Part shown: one piece after another, positions 43,801 to 52,662 of the stretch
Position numbering within the stretch: the stretch's first letter is position 1
Layout: every line of letters starts with the position of its first letter
Assembly (NCBI RefSeq): GCF_964355755.1
Contig: NC_092676.1
Span: 25,004,871-25,068,870 of the forward strand
Length of the DNA: 64,000 bases
From: Antedon mediterranea
Taxonomy: Eukaryota; Animalia; Echinodermata
Direction of reading: 5' to 3'
Notes under the pieces: generated by a model
Told to the model about the DNA's origin: nothing
Seen by the model: only the letters and a program-made list of their open reading frames with translations
Database searches by the model: none
Position numbers and translations under genes: made by a program

Positions 43801-46800
43801 TGACTAATAATAATATTTAGTAGGCAAAATAACCAAATGTGATCAATGTAGTAATAGTAGCAGCGTCTCAGGAAAAACACCACATATATTTAATTAATTC
43901 AATTTCTGGAAAAAGCAATTGTTTTAGCTAAATTGTACCACAGATAAAAAACAATTGATATGTTGCATATACCTTTGTTATAAATTCCTAATTAATAATA
44001 CAAATTGTATATAAAAATAAGATTCTATAAATAAAATTATAAATGTAGTGGGTAAAAAAGGCAATTTTTACCTAAACCTGTACCACTGATAAAAACCAAT
44101 TTGTTGTGTTGTGTTTAACGTAATTATTAAATCCCTTATAAATTACACTCACAAAAATTGTATAGAATTAAATTTTAAATTGTAAATGTAGGAGATACAA
44201 TTATAATTTTAATATTATTTTTGGGCTATTATTAGGTCTGTGCCTACATATTATAATTATTCATGCCAACTAAGATATTATGAAATACTTATTATACTCA
44301 TTTTACCTTGTAGAACCTTTTAAGCTTTGACATAGCAATTTTAGCACCCCATAGGCAAAGTTCTTGCAGAGAGCGTAGATTAACATCGAACTTGCGATAA
44401 CCATCAACTTTAATTAATTTGGGCTGATAACTAGCTTCATGGCCACCATCAAGTATCTCATTAGATTGACCTATTTCATAAAACAAAAATATGTTTGATA
44501 ATTATAGTTTACAAATAATGAATGATTATGAGGGCGATGGTATAAGTAATTTCAAGGTGAAAGATGAAAGGATATACAAAGGATATACCATATTTATTCG
44601 AATAAACACTCCGGAATGTTTATTGTTCAGAAGGGTTTTAAGGGAGAGGGCCTTTATTCAGCCATATGTCACCTGATTGAGCTGTCCAAGAGCCTGTACC
44701 AGATTTGGTCATGTACCGCGACGTGACGCTTCACCTGCACCAATCCCAGTATAGTTTCGTTATGAGCTGCCAAGGGATAATTGTCTAGTAAATGCCTCGC
44801 CCTATGAAAGCAAATTTATCTGGTGTCCAATGGCTAAAAAAGAATCAACAACCACTAATGCGATCTCTAGTGAGACTTATCACACACTGACCTATATTTA
44901 GTCTAAATTGTAAAAAGCCAAGCATCTTTCTTTTTTTGCTAATAGAAAATAAAAATTGGAAAACTCTACAGATGTTGAATTAGCATTAATTAAAGTCTGT
45001 TCAACTACCCGCTCATTTTTGTATGACATTCTACTAGTACATATCATTTATATAAATCTTGATAACAAGCTTGAAAGGACAATTTTGACAACATTGTCAA
45101 AAAATATTTATTTAAATTATTTGAAGTCTGTAATCTAGTTGTGTTGTTTAAATTTGAAGGCTGTAAATCTAGTTGGAAAAGACATATTTTAGGAGAATTC
45201 TCAATTAGAATTCTTAGCAAAAATCCTAGTTCCTTAATCTTATTAAAGTACATACAACTACAGTATAAACATTAATACTAATGCTATCTGGCAGAATTTT
45301 GCATTGGGAATGATGGATGATAGAACATACCAAACAACATGTGGGAAGGAAACCGTTAACATCAAAAACATTTCAAAAAGCACTTTGAAAATAAGTAATA
45401 CGCCTCTGGGGGAAGTCAACGCTTACGTAGTTACTAATTGTTCAAAGATCAAGTACATATATGACATCCGCATGACTTTTAAACCAAATTTGTTTTCTTT
45501 TCAAATATTTTTTCTAAACTCAACACAGATTTTTATTTATATTCACTCAATATGAATATTTTGAAATTGTTTATTTTGTGTAAAAGGTTGAAAACACAAT
45601 AAGTCTATAGTTCATAAACATATTTTTCATTATACTACAGTAGGAACATTATAATAACATACTATACAATGGACAAGAGTATGGAATGACATTACTTTGA
45701 TGTCTATAAATGCTAAGATACTGAGTGGGACTGGGTTCCCCACCCTTAAAACTACCCTTGAAAAACACAACTTGATATGCCTCCAGGCATCCTAGAAAAT
45801 ACAGTAGAACCTTTCCTCTATTCAGAGGACATCCTCTTATATTCAGGGGACACACCTCCTCTATTCATAGGATATCCCTCTTTCATTCAGGGGTCACCCA
45901 ATCACCCTTCATCTATTCAGGGGACACCCTTCTATATTCAAGGGACACCCTTCCTCTATTCAGAGGACACCCCTCCTCTATTCAGAGAACACCCCTCTTC
46001 TATTCCGGGGACACCCCTCTATTAAAATGGACCTGAAATGGAATTTCGATTTTCAAGAAATTCACACATGTTATTCAAATAAAAACAAAATGTATAGTAT
46101 TTTGAGTAAAAACGAAATTTTAAGATACCATGGTAAATTAGCGAAAATTACTCACGCCATTGCAATATTCTATTTCAACGGCCGTCGGAAGCCTCTATAT
46201 TCACGACGTCACATATACACACGATGATATCGAGAGCGTGTATGCCGCCCGATAGTCAGTGAATGATCGACGGCCTGGAAAGATACGCGAAGCGTTGACA
46301 CTAATACTAATTTATTCAATATCTAATGTTGTTGAAATATAGGTCCCTAAAATGTACTTCGTTTGTTCTAAAACCCAAATTTAGAAGGCCTACCTCCCAA
46401 ACCTTTACTAGGCCTAGGCCCCCAATCCAGCGCGCGGAGTCGATCCACCACCCACATCATGCGGCAAGGCTCCGTTTCATGTGCATCCATCCAAGGACCA
46501 AAGCGATATCAACAACTTGCTGCGCTCATTGTCAAGCCAAAGTAAAATATGAATAAAATTCGTTTTCGAACTGCCTGATTCGTGACAAATAAATTATCTC
46601 ATATTACTAATTTAATTCTGCTAAACTAAAAAACTAAAGAAACTAACACATTTTAGCAGTATAAATTACGAACGATACAAAATACACGAACGGAAAATAT
46701 GGATACGCATCATTGCGCACGGAGCTGTATCCCGGACAACGTTGCCAGGCCAACTTCGGTATTGCCAGAAAAAAACCGTTGATTTTAAGATTTTAAATCG

Positions 46801-49800
46801 TCATTTACTCGATGAATAACCGTTTATACGGTAATAATTTTATCTAAAAAAATTCTAAATACGTTTCTGCAAATGCACAAGCATTTTTTAGAAAATACAC
46901 CATAGATTTCAAGAGTTATAGCCAAAAAACTGCAAATTGTCCATTGGAGGGATAGGAATATATTCGCAAAGTGACGTCACCCGCGAATTTTTTTGATTTT
47001 CAAATGGGGCTTTCCCCAAAAGGCCAATTTATATTTTGTAACAATATACATTCTAGCAACACCTAATAGCCCCCAAAACATCATTCTAAAATGAAAAAAA
47101 TCGAAAATCCATTTCAGGTCCATTTTAAGGGAACATCCCTATTATTGGGACAGTATCCTGTGAACAAGAGGCAATATTTGTTTAAAAACTATCACAGTTC
47201 ATATTCAGGGGAGACTCCTTTTTAATGTGATACTGTTACAGTAGGTCTTAAAGATGTCCTCTTAATAGGGGATCAACTTCAACTCATACAAAACTAAGGA
47301 TTTCAATTCACATTAAAATATACATACACTTTCTAATGGAAAATCCTTTTTCCATTTCACTACCCTCACTATGGTAACCATCACCATGTAAACTAGCAGA
47401 TTGTGAATGAACTCGTTGCCGTCGGTGATTTTCTGAAGCATCCATTTTCTTGAAACGTCGTTCTAATCGCTTGTTAACCTTGAGAGGAATCAGAGCAAAG
47501 TGTAAACAAATGTACAATAAAGTAACATGTACAGTCTTTATTGTCAAAATGAACAATTCTAGTACGTAAATGCAGATAAATTGTAACATTTTAAAAATCA
47601 ATTCCACTTTATCATTAATTGTTAAAAAGTAAAATCTAGAATGATGTAATCACAATAGAAAGGCAGCATTCTTACAACATTTACAATGACAGTTGTCAAG
47701 TTTGGTTTTCCACTTTTAATAATAATTGGTTCAATTAGTCAGATTTGATTAGAAATGAATTTCAGAGGACACAGCTTTATTTTGGACACAGAGAGGAGGG
47801 GAGGCAATTTAAATTTAGCTTAGCTGTCCCTCCATCCACTCTAGCAAATTCTTCTAAAATATGGGCAATACTTTATGTGTGCAGACTAAAGGCCAATTTA
47901 CACAGACTAGTGGTAACGGTAAGCAGTAAATATAGAATCGATGTTATTTCTTATGACCATTTACACAAACAAATCGTGGACGGGCAGTTGAGCAGAAACT
48001 CGCTTAGGATAGATACATATTCTACATGGGACAAGCTCGTTTGTCCGTTTAAATGGGACTTAATATTCTCAATCCCTGATATAAATCGGTTACAATGACA
48101 ATATAATTTGGCAGTGTTCCAATCATACACTCTTAGATGAGTAATATAACTTTGAATCAGCAAATTTTCTTTGGGTTTTAATACTTTGAATATTTAGGGT
48201 ACAAATAATTATATATACTATATCATTTCCTCACCTTCAATGTACTAAATTGATTTAAAATCTGTGTTGTTTCACCAATGGCCTTTTCCAATTCCTCCAT
48301 AACTCTTGTATAACTCGTCCTTATTTTAATATTATCTACAGTCTCACTTGTAGCCATGTATTGTAGTTTTGAAACATGATTTTCTATATAAAAAAAATAA
48401 ATCTTTAAATTTGAAATAATTGTGTTAAGCTCTGTCTACACTATCAAACTAGATTCATTGACAAAATAAATTGAATAATTGTGTTAAAGTTCTGACACTA
48501 TCAACTTTATGTGACAAAAAATTGTGATGTGGTATGACATCATCATGTCCATATATGGGCACATCATATTTTGTTGTCACATAAAGTTGATAGTGTAGCA
48601 TTGATGATATCCCCCATTGAGACATTCATAGAATGCAAGGTTATGGTTACCTATGAATTTTTTCCGGTTATTATTTTATCTAAACAGTATTTTATTTTTG
48701 CTGGTATCTACGTATGTAGCTGATCTTGTTGCTTGTTACCCACTGGCTATTTACCCACTGGCTATTTACCCACTGGTTATTTACCCACTGGCTATTTACC
48801 CACTGGCTATTTACCCTCTGGCTATTTACCCTCTGGCCATTTTCAAGTCTATTTACTCATTTTTTTTTTTATATATTCTAGCATTATTACCAATGATAAC
48901 CATAAACAAATTCATTCACTGTCATCTTTAGGGTATGTTCAGATCTATGGAGTTATGCTTTCGTTTCCCAAGCAATGTCATATTATAATTAGCGTCGTAA
49001 CAGCAAAGTGTCCAGATTTGCTTAACTAACGCTTTCGTTTGAAACTGAAGTGTCACCGATGAACATCTGGTATGCAGGAGTAAATTTGATTGGTTAGAGG
49101 TCAAATTCGTTGAAGTGGTTCAGACATTTGAAGTTGTACGATACGAAAGCATAACTCTGTAGTTCTGAACCGGCCCTTTGACAAATATATGCAGAAGATT
49201 GAGTCACTTGGTGATTTATTATTAATACTTACCTTTGGTGAAAGCTAAATCTTTTAGTTTTCTTTTCAAATCCTCACAAAAGTTGCGACTGTTTCCATAT
49301 TTGAAAGCTTCAGTAACTTTCTTGAACTTATTTATGATTTTATCAAAATGTACCACAAGTTTACTAAAAAAAGAGAAACAAAAATAGTTGATTATTTATT
49401 TAGATGTAAAATAAACCCATAATATACATGACACATTTACTAGACAAGTCTTTTCACTCCGATTCACACAAGTTAGACGTAAGAGATGTATATATTGATA
49501 AGTTTCTTTTATTCATCCATCAAATATATATTTTTTTGGTATAAATTTTTATCTTTACACACATTATTGTTGTCAAGACTGTAAAACTACTCTACTTCTT
49601 AAAGGCCAAAAACAGACGAGCAGTATACCGGTAAGCGGAAATGTGCATGCTTGTCCCACAAAAAAATCTGTTAATATACTGAGCAGGTTTCTGATCAACC
49701 AGCCATTAGATCTGTGTTTTGTAATAATGAAATAACATACAGTAGATTCTATATTAAATAATTTTTCCCTTAAAGGGGGATTCTGGGTTTAAAATTGCTT

Positions 49801-52662
49801 TTAAATATCGTTTATTTATTAAATAAAAAATATTATAACAACATAGACATGTCAGAATGAAGAAGTAATAACGAGAAATTAAAAAAATTAAATTTCATAT
49901 ACATTTTAGGGTAAATTCATGGAAAGTCTGTTTTTAAGCAGCTTAGGGAAGCTCATTAATATTCATGAGATATTCACAAAATCACGTCATCAGTGGATTC
50001 CAAACTCGCGACGTCAAGCTCATACGTTGTGTTCTCTCTCCTCTGTCAAACGACGACCACCCGATCGTTGTGAAATACATTTTTTTGTAGATTTTCTAAG
50101 CTAGGCCTAAAGTGTAATAATAACAGTAGTAGCATATATTTATTTGACATTTAATGAAATACAAAATTTAGTACAGATTACGAAGTCATAAATTATACTA
50201 TTTTTATACCTTGAATAGTACAGACCGTATATCGGCTTCACGTACTAGGCTAGGCCTAGCCTAAATCATTTTATTCATGGGTGAGAGCCATTTCTGACTA
50301 GGGATTCCATGCCACGATGGCTACGTTAAAACATTGGGGCCATCATTCATGGGCCTAGCTAGCTAGCCTATTACTAAATGATTGGCCCATAAATAACAAA
50401 ACTCAGTGGATTCCAAACCCATCCTATCAACCAAACTCCTAACCAACGTTCTACAAAAATCGGCTGTAAATATTGAGGCAAAACAAGGTCCGATCGCTGT
50501 CCGCACGTATGGTGTCCCGATCGTCTAATAAGTAGGCCTAAAATAGGCCTAGTTTACTTTCCAAAAAAGCGGATACTGCATCAAGCAAGTAGACCGGTAG
50601 TAGGAAGGAGACCTAGCCGATCCGGCCCAGTTAAAAATTGAGCTAGCTAGTGTAGTAGACCCTATGCGAATTGATACTACCAGGCCTTTTACTATAAGCT
50701 ACACTAAAATTAGCAATACTTACGTTTACAAATATTCCAACTCTCTCTCATTCGAGCTATATTATCTATACCATTCCGGTAGGTCGAGTCGACCTTCAAT
50801 CAAATACTGTACATCGTTGTTGTGATTATAGACGAGGTATACTCGACCCGACCAGTTTGGTATTGTATACTGTATCTGCTTATCATGTGACGATGCCAGG
50901 CATGGGCAGAGAGAGCACGTGTATCGTCGTCTCGCTCTCCTCGCTCAGCAGGAATGTATACGTTACGCTTCATTGATTTTGAAGGCTTTCCCTAAGTCAG
51001 TGCGAAAATCGGCAAACGTAAAGTGCAAACTTATCTAATTTTTCACTGTTTTGATGGATTTTCATAGAAAATTGACTTTATAAATGGGAAGACCGACTAA
51101 AATTACATCAGATAAGTATAATTTTACAAAAGTAATTGATATGGTTAATGATAACGAGTCGTCGGAAGATTGACCATTTCACGAATTTCCTATTCTGTAA
51201 CCACAGTGTGATTTTGCCGTAGCTGCACGTGTAATCTGGCCTCATTTCACAGCCTTCGTTCTGCTTCACTGGGCGCTTATATAAATTGAAACTTTTACCT
51301 TTCAAGAGACAAACAAATATATTTTACATTTTTTACTATTCATTTTAAACCCGGAACCCCACTTTAAGCTTGGTTCCCACTAGAACGTAACGCAAGGACG
51401 TAAACGCAACGCAAGCGTTTTAACCAATGACAAGCGAAGTTATAGACAGTTAGCAATCACAAGCATATAAGCCATCGCTTGCGATTGGTCAATTCACTTG
51501 CATTGCGTTACGTCCTTGTGTTGCGTCGCTAGTGGGAACCACGCTTTACCGTTAATGCTCTTCTGTGTAAATTTACCCTTAGCCTAAAATGAGACTTGTA
51601 TAGTTTATCCTTGCTGTAATTACAGAGTAAACATACTAATAAAAAAATTAATTTATTAATAAAATTAGGAGATAGTCCTTAAAAATAATTGAAATTTTTA
51701 CTTTTTTTCTGATGTGATATATGCTAAACAAAAAGGTCTGACAAAGCCTCGGGCATAGATGTCATAAAGAGTAAAGTGATGAACCTAAAAAGAAACAAAC
51801 AGTTTTATTTATTTATTGTATGCCTTCATAACACAAGAAATAAGATATTATTCAAAATTTTATAAATTCAATATAAAAGCAAAACTATTCACTTACATAA
51901 GCATGAGCACCCTCACTCAGTTCCTCCTGGAGGAGACACGTGTCATCGTAAATGGTGAACACGCCGTTTGCTGCACGAGATGAATTAGTGGCGTTGTAAT
52001 CAACGGACATGATGTTGACAGCAAACTGCTCCTTGTCAAAATCACCCCCACCATCAGATGGAATAGTTATCTACAGTAATATAGAAATAAAGATTAGAAT
52101 TGTGAACAATTTATTTTCCCATAAAAAACATGTCACATATCCTGGTCAGTGGTATGACGGCTATGAGCAATCACTAGCTAAACCCTGGGGCCCCAGAGCT
52201 TATGGGGGGCCCAGAGCTTATGGGGGCCCAGAGCTTATGGGGAGGCCCCAGGGTGACCACAGAGCTTATGTGGACCCTTGAGCAGGAGATCATAAGGGAT
52301 AAAATATGTCAAAAAGGCTAATAATTTTTAAGGCCCTTTATGCCTCTTTCCATACACTAATGATCCTAGTGTACTGTTCATATACTACTACTACTAACTA
52401 GTCATAGAGGGCACATGTCATGTGTGGGAAATCCTATTAATAATGGCCGTTTATTTATTATACTACCCACCAATGGATTGGGACCTTCAATTTCACAAAA
52501 TTCAGAAATCATGATGAAATCATTTTCAAAGTTTGGTGAGGTAGGCCATGGGTTTGGGGGTGTGAAAACCGGTAGAAGGTCCGCAGGTATATGGCTGTTC
52601 TCGGTATCATCGACATCATTCAGCATCTGGTCATCGCTTACTGAATAACCCGCAGCAAACAT
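7739..52662 (-). CDS. SMCR8: SMCR8 orthologue (folliculin/DENN-family subunit of the C9orf72-SMCR8-WDR41 complex), 19 coding exons, about 856 aa
   Basis: Spliced translation matches SMCR8 motifs in order: [132 protein letters not shown]..IRLDY. All introns are GT-AG, phases are consistent, total 2571 nt. Confidence 0.93.
8970..9250. repeat. 19-22-bp palindromic minisatellite
   Basis: Unit ATGTAGTTACTGCAGTAAC(AT) containing the 14-bp palindrome GTTACTGCAGTAAC, about 13 copies. Confidence 0.9.
9790..10320. repeat. About 180-194-bp tandem repeat, about 3 copies
   Basis: TAGGTTTGACCTG recurs at about 9794, 9974 and 10168 with near-identical downstream sequence. Confidence 0.88.
10748..10844 (-). 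CDS. SMCR8: SMCR8 coding exon 18
   Basis: ttggcag|NEHFMNSAEEKSTINSFLAKLGITDADSHIIM|gtgaga; phase 2-0. Confidence 0.88.
11915..13625 (-). mobile_element. 5'-truncated, decayed L2/CR1-group LINE (reverse transcriptase)
   Basis: AKVTPLFKK, NYRPISILS, FQSGFR..STDTAL, GVPQG, YADDT, NKLSLHPDKTE, YLG motifs broken by frameshifts; (TCAAA)n tail near 11915. Confidence 0.92.
13626..14430 (+). mobile_element. 3' fragment of a second L2/Crack-like LINE
   Basis: LRTLYCSLVLPYLLYCNIVW...LQKKIIRII...PLFRSLKLL...GPKIWNSLP ORF2 C-terminus, 3' UTR, AATAAA and TGAAA tail. Confidence 0.88.
14631..14797. mobile_element. MITE with about 50-bp TIRs and TA flanks (Tc1/mariner-like)
   Basis: TGCTG(G/T)GAAAGCATAATCCAAATACGGGGCATCTTTCAAAAGTGGTTACTC present in inverted orientation at both ends. 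Confidence 0.85.
15090..15190 (-). mobile_element. Degenerate tRNA-derived SINE head
   Basis: Minus strand TAGTTGAGTGGTTAAGGAGCGC (A-box-like) and GGTTCAAGAC (B-box-like); no intact cloverleaf. Confidence 0.45.
16259..16890. repeat. 18-bp minisatellite (TAATCCCATGCTCGAGTA) within pogo-like termini
   Basis: About 27 tandem units at 16290-16780, bracketed by CCGTATA... and ...TATACGG-TA. Confidence 0.85.
18350..19075 (+). mobile_element. Decayed RTE-clade LINE 3' fragment (related remnant at about 36040-36280)
   Basis: RRRRLKW*GHIIRLPDNT..KRPVGRPRNNW..IKKNL..HPAINRKKWKQIV, typical RTE ORF2 C-terminus; CATCCTGCC.TAAACAGA shared with about 36201. Confidence 0.8.
19273..19428. mobile_element. 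Harbinger/PIF-like MITE family A (about 9 copies or fragments in the window)
   Basis: TIR AGCTCTGTCTACACTATCAAA with internal ATCACTACCATATTTGGGC repeats; copies at about 25790-25932, 28971-29117, 39644-39760, 40213-40392, 48428-48598, 54769-54932, 62016-62153 and a fragment near 20190. Confidence 0.88.
19491..19645 (-). CDS. SMCR8: SMCR8 coding exon 17
   Basis: tttcag|[44 protein letters not shown]...|gtaaga; phase 0-2. Confidence 0.92.
19798..19975 (-). CDS. SMCR8: SMCR8 coding exon 16
   Basis: cttgcag|HSQIIPWYTKPVTIADVGRIKLVGLAKE...[18 protein letters not shown]|gtatag; phase 2-0. Confidence 0.92.
21521..21711. mobile_element. MITE with imperfect TIRs
   Basis: GCAGTGTACCCCTCCAATTTGGACCA ... 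TGGTTCACAATTGGAGGGGTCATGC. Confidence 0.6.
21860..22490 (-). mobile_element. L2/CR1-group LINE 3' fragment
   Basis: HVFKIYNHCCPPYL..HNYNTRG..FFYNAIKEWNNLP..FKSKVKKYL; (TCAAA)n tail; 3' UTR resembles that at 12023-12060. Confidence 0.85.
24430..24650 (+). mobile_element. RTE-1-like LINE extreme 3' fragment
   Basis: Decayed WARH..RRI..W..EWP..GKRRRARPHSRW and WHQLGEAFAQQW followed by an AAG-rich tail. Confidence 0.72.
24718..24771 (-). CDS. SMCR8: SMCR8 coding exon 15
   Basis: atttcag|EIKHLITALCVFIPGHS|gtatgt; resembles vertebrate VRKLVTALAIFVP; phase 2-2. Confidence 0.9.
25186..25294 (-). CDS. SMCR8: SMCR8 coding exon 14 (start of DENN core)
   Basis: [35 protein letters not shown]|gtaaga; phase 1-2. 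Confidence 0.92.
25586..25786. mobile_element. MITE whose TIRs contain TGACGTCA
   Basis: AGAGTTCTGCAGTGCTGACGTCAC... / ...GTGACGTCACACTGCAGAATTCT inverted ends. Confidence 0.7.
26660..26970. repeat. About 76-bp tandem repeat, 4 copies
   Basis: TTTGGTAGCCACTCTG...TGTGCTGTTTAAAGATCTTTCCTCCCACCCTTAAC repeated. Confidence 0.88.
27231..27544. mobile_element. Double-hairpin non-autonomous element (copy at about 41858-42060, fragment at about 43403-43447)
   Basis: About 170-bp fold-back around GAGGCAAAGCCGAG, followed by a second inverted pair TTATATAACATCTA / TAGGTGTTATATAA. Confidence 0.75.
27744..27927. mobile_element. Harbinger-like MITE family C (copies at about 47891-48060 and split 49603-51579)
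   Basis: TIR GGCCAATTTACACAGAC, TAA/TTA flanks. Confidence 0.8.
28211..28458. mobile_element. Inverted-repeat element (MITE-like)
   Basis: AATATGATATTGACGGTAACACCATGTCAACTCT ... AGAGTTGACATACAGTAGTGTTACCTTCAATATCATATT. Confidence 0.65.
28532..28651 (-). CDS. SMCR8: SMCR8 coding exon 13
   Basis: ctttacag|LIRCESGNSLDKFNVPSEPIQVPVGCYVSWLTSNSSRFP|gtaaat; phase 1-1. Confidence 0.8.
30370..30690 (+). mobile_element. tRNA-headed SINE with Deu/Nin-like central domain
   Basis: B-box-like GGGTTTGAGGCC at about 30422; core GACTATAAACCATAGGT...TAAAAAACCCAGT.CATCATTCGAGATGAGTAGGGGAATACCCCAGTG resembles the Deu/Nin domain; AATAAACAACAAC tail. Confidence 0.65.
33109..33363 (-). CDS. SMCR8: SMCR8 coding exon 12 (disordered Ser/Asp-rich linker)
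   Basis: tttacag|SSSPNHDSGT...MDDFVLKTQLYDSSDRDSLDVDSD...SQTS|gtaagt; phase 1-1, open 255 nt. Confidence 0.8.
33457..33775. mobile_element. Harbinger-like MITE remnant with internal and terminal tandem duplications
   Basis: ATGGAAACCAGGCTTTA terminus duplicated (38 bp); internal 32-bp duplication CCGATTTGACTGCGATGAATCGGGGAGCCTTC. Confidence 0.6.
33870..34225. repeat. About 33-bp A-rich minisatellite, about 10 copies
   Basis: AAAAAGAAGCCAAACTCAAAGAGAAGATCAACTC variants in tandem. Confidence 0.88.
38301..38410 (-). CDS. SMCR8: SMCR8 coding exon 11
   Basis: atttcag|SLYYDASDIPSIRDSSSDASSDFNEDWVEIMELSSQ|gtatgt; phase 2-1. Confidence 0.8.
38692..38856. mobile_element. MITE with TGAGGCCCAACAAAA TIRs
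   Basis: Inverted TGAGGCCCAACAAAAC/TGTCT ends with TA flanks; internal hairpin. Confidence 0.7.
40003..40124 (-). CDS. SMCR8: SMCR8 coding exon 10
   Basis: ttttag|LMTCSSTNTGGPLTDDEDVYSFLPSSFEAKFITGSDFAST|gtaagt; phase 0-2. Confidence 0.78.
41170..41248 (-). CDS. SMCR8: SMCR8 coding exon 9 (Cys/His-rich; alternative in-frame donor at 41206)
   Basis: ttcacag|QCCKVPYQHPHQSSVCKTCNLDDRIS|gtaagt; supplies the phase 2-0 bridge needed between exons 8 and 10. Confidence 0.7.
43269..43393 (-). CDS. SMCR8: SMCR8 coding exon 8
   Basis: HFSRRSEALSMEKMESNIVKPASSLLTIGRTVTVNFIPENY|gtaagt; phase 0-2. Confidence 0.85.
44307..44470 (-). CDS. SMCR8: SMCR8 coding exon 7
   Basis: [54 protein letters not shown]|gtaaaa; phase 1-0. 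Confidence 0.9.
45802..47275. mobile_element. Tc1/mariner-like MITE (CAGTAGAACC terminus, CCTCTATTCAGGGGACAC subterminal repeats) interrupted by a Kolobok-like element
   Basis: TA-CAGTAGAACC start, about 10 subterminal repeats, right end GTCCTCTTAATAGGGG; relatives at about 20735-20807, 42240-42290 and 43048-43210. Confidence 0.65.
46026..47124. mobile_element. Non-autonomous Kolobok-like DNA transposon
   Basis: 28-bp TIR AATGGACCTGAAATGGA(A/T)TTTCGATTTT; TTAA TSD at 46022-46025 and 47125-47128; RR..YY termini. Confidence 0.85.
47328..47478 (-). CDS. SMCR8: SMCR8 coding exon 6
   Basis: VNKRLERRFKKMDASE...GFSIRK|gtatgt; phase 0-1; lies within ORF 47308..47607. Confidence 0.8.
48235..48383 (-). 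CDS. SMCR8: SMCR8 coding exon 5
   Basis: ENHVSKLQY...MEELEKAIGETTQILNQFSTLK|gtgagg; phase 1-0. Confidence 0.85.
48736..48842. repeat. 15-bp minisatellite TTACCCACTGGCTAT, 7 copies
   Basis: Direct tandem units. Confidence 0.92.
48930..49177. mobile_element. Harbinger-like MITE
   Basis: AGGGTATGTTCAGATCTATGGAGTTATGCTTTCGT / ACGAAAGCATAACTCTGTAGTTCTGAACCGGCCCT imperfect TIRs. Confidence 0.68.
49233..49363 (-). CDS. SMCR8: SMCR8 coding exon 4
   Basis: KLVVHFDKIINKFKKVTEAFKYGNSRNFCEDLKRKLKDLAFTK|gtaagt; phase 2-1. Confidence 0.92.
49774..51363. mobile_element. Non-autonomous Kolobok-like DNA transposon (1.6 kb)
   Basis: TIR AGGGGGATTCTGGGTTTAAAAT / ATTTTAAACCCGGAACCCCACT; TTAA TSD at 49770-49773 and 51364-51367. 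Confidence 0.83.
51702..51784 (-). CDS. SMCR8: SMCR8 coding exon 3 (ARGF arginine-finger motif)
   Basis: ttttag|[27 protein letters not shown]|gtaaaa; phase 0-2. Confidence 0.95.
51897..52070 (-). CDS. SMCR8: SMCR8 coding exon 2
   Basis: ctgtag|ITIPSDGGGDFDKEQFAVNIMSVDY...EGAHAY|gtaagt; phase 0-0. Confidence 0.93.
52146..52360. mobile_element. GC-rich hAT-like MITE remnant with GGGGCCCAGAGCTTAT repeats (relative at about 20015-20165)
   Basis: CAGTGG start and tandem GGGCCCAGAGCTTATG units; an inverted relative CCCCATAAGCTC..CCTGGGTTTAG lies near 20130. Confidence 0.5.
52471..52662 (-). CDS. SMCR8: SMCR8 coding exon 1 (start codon)
   Basis: GTCAAC-ATG context; MFAAG...[28 protein letters not shown] then GT donor; upstream tttatAG acceptor near 52700. 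Confidence 0.88.

Noticed and set aside
48653-49029. YPLAI / LPTGY repeat ORFs
   Set aside because: 15-bp minisatellite artefact.
49774-51363. Autonomous transposase inside the Kolobok-like elements
   Set aside because: No long ORF, THAP or DDE motif recognisable; same for 46026-47124.
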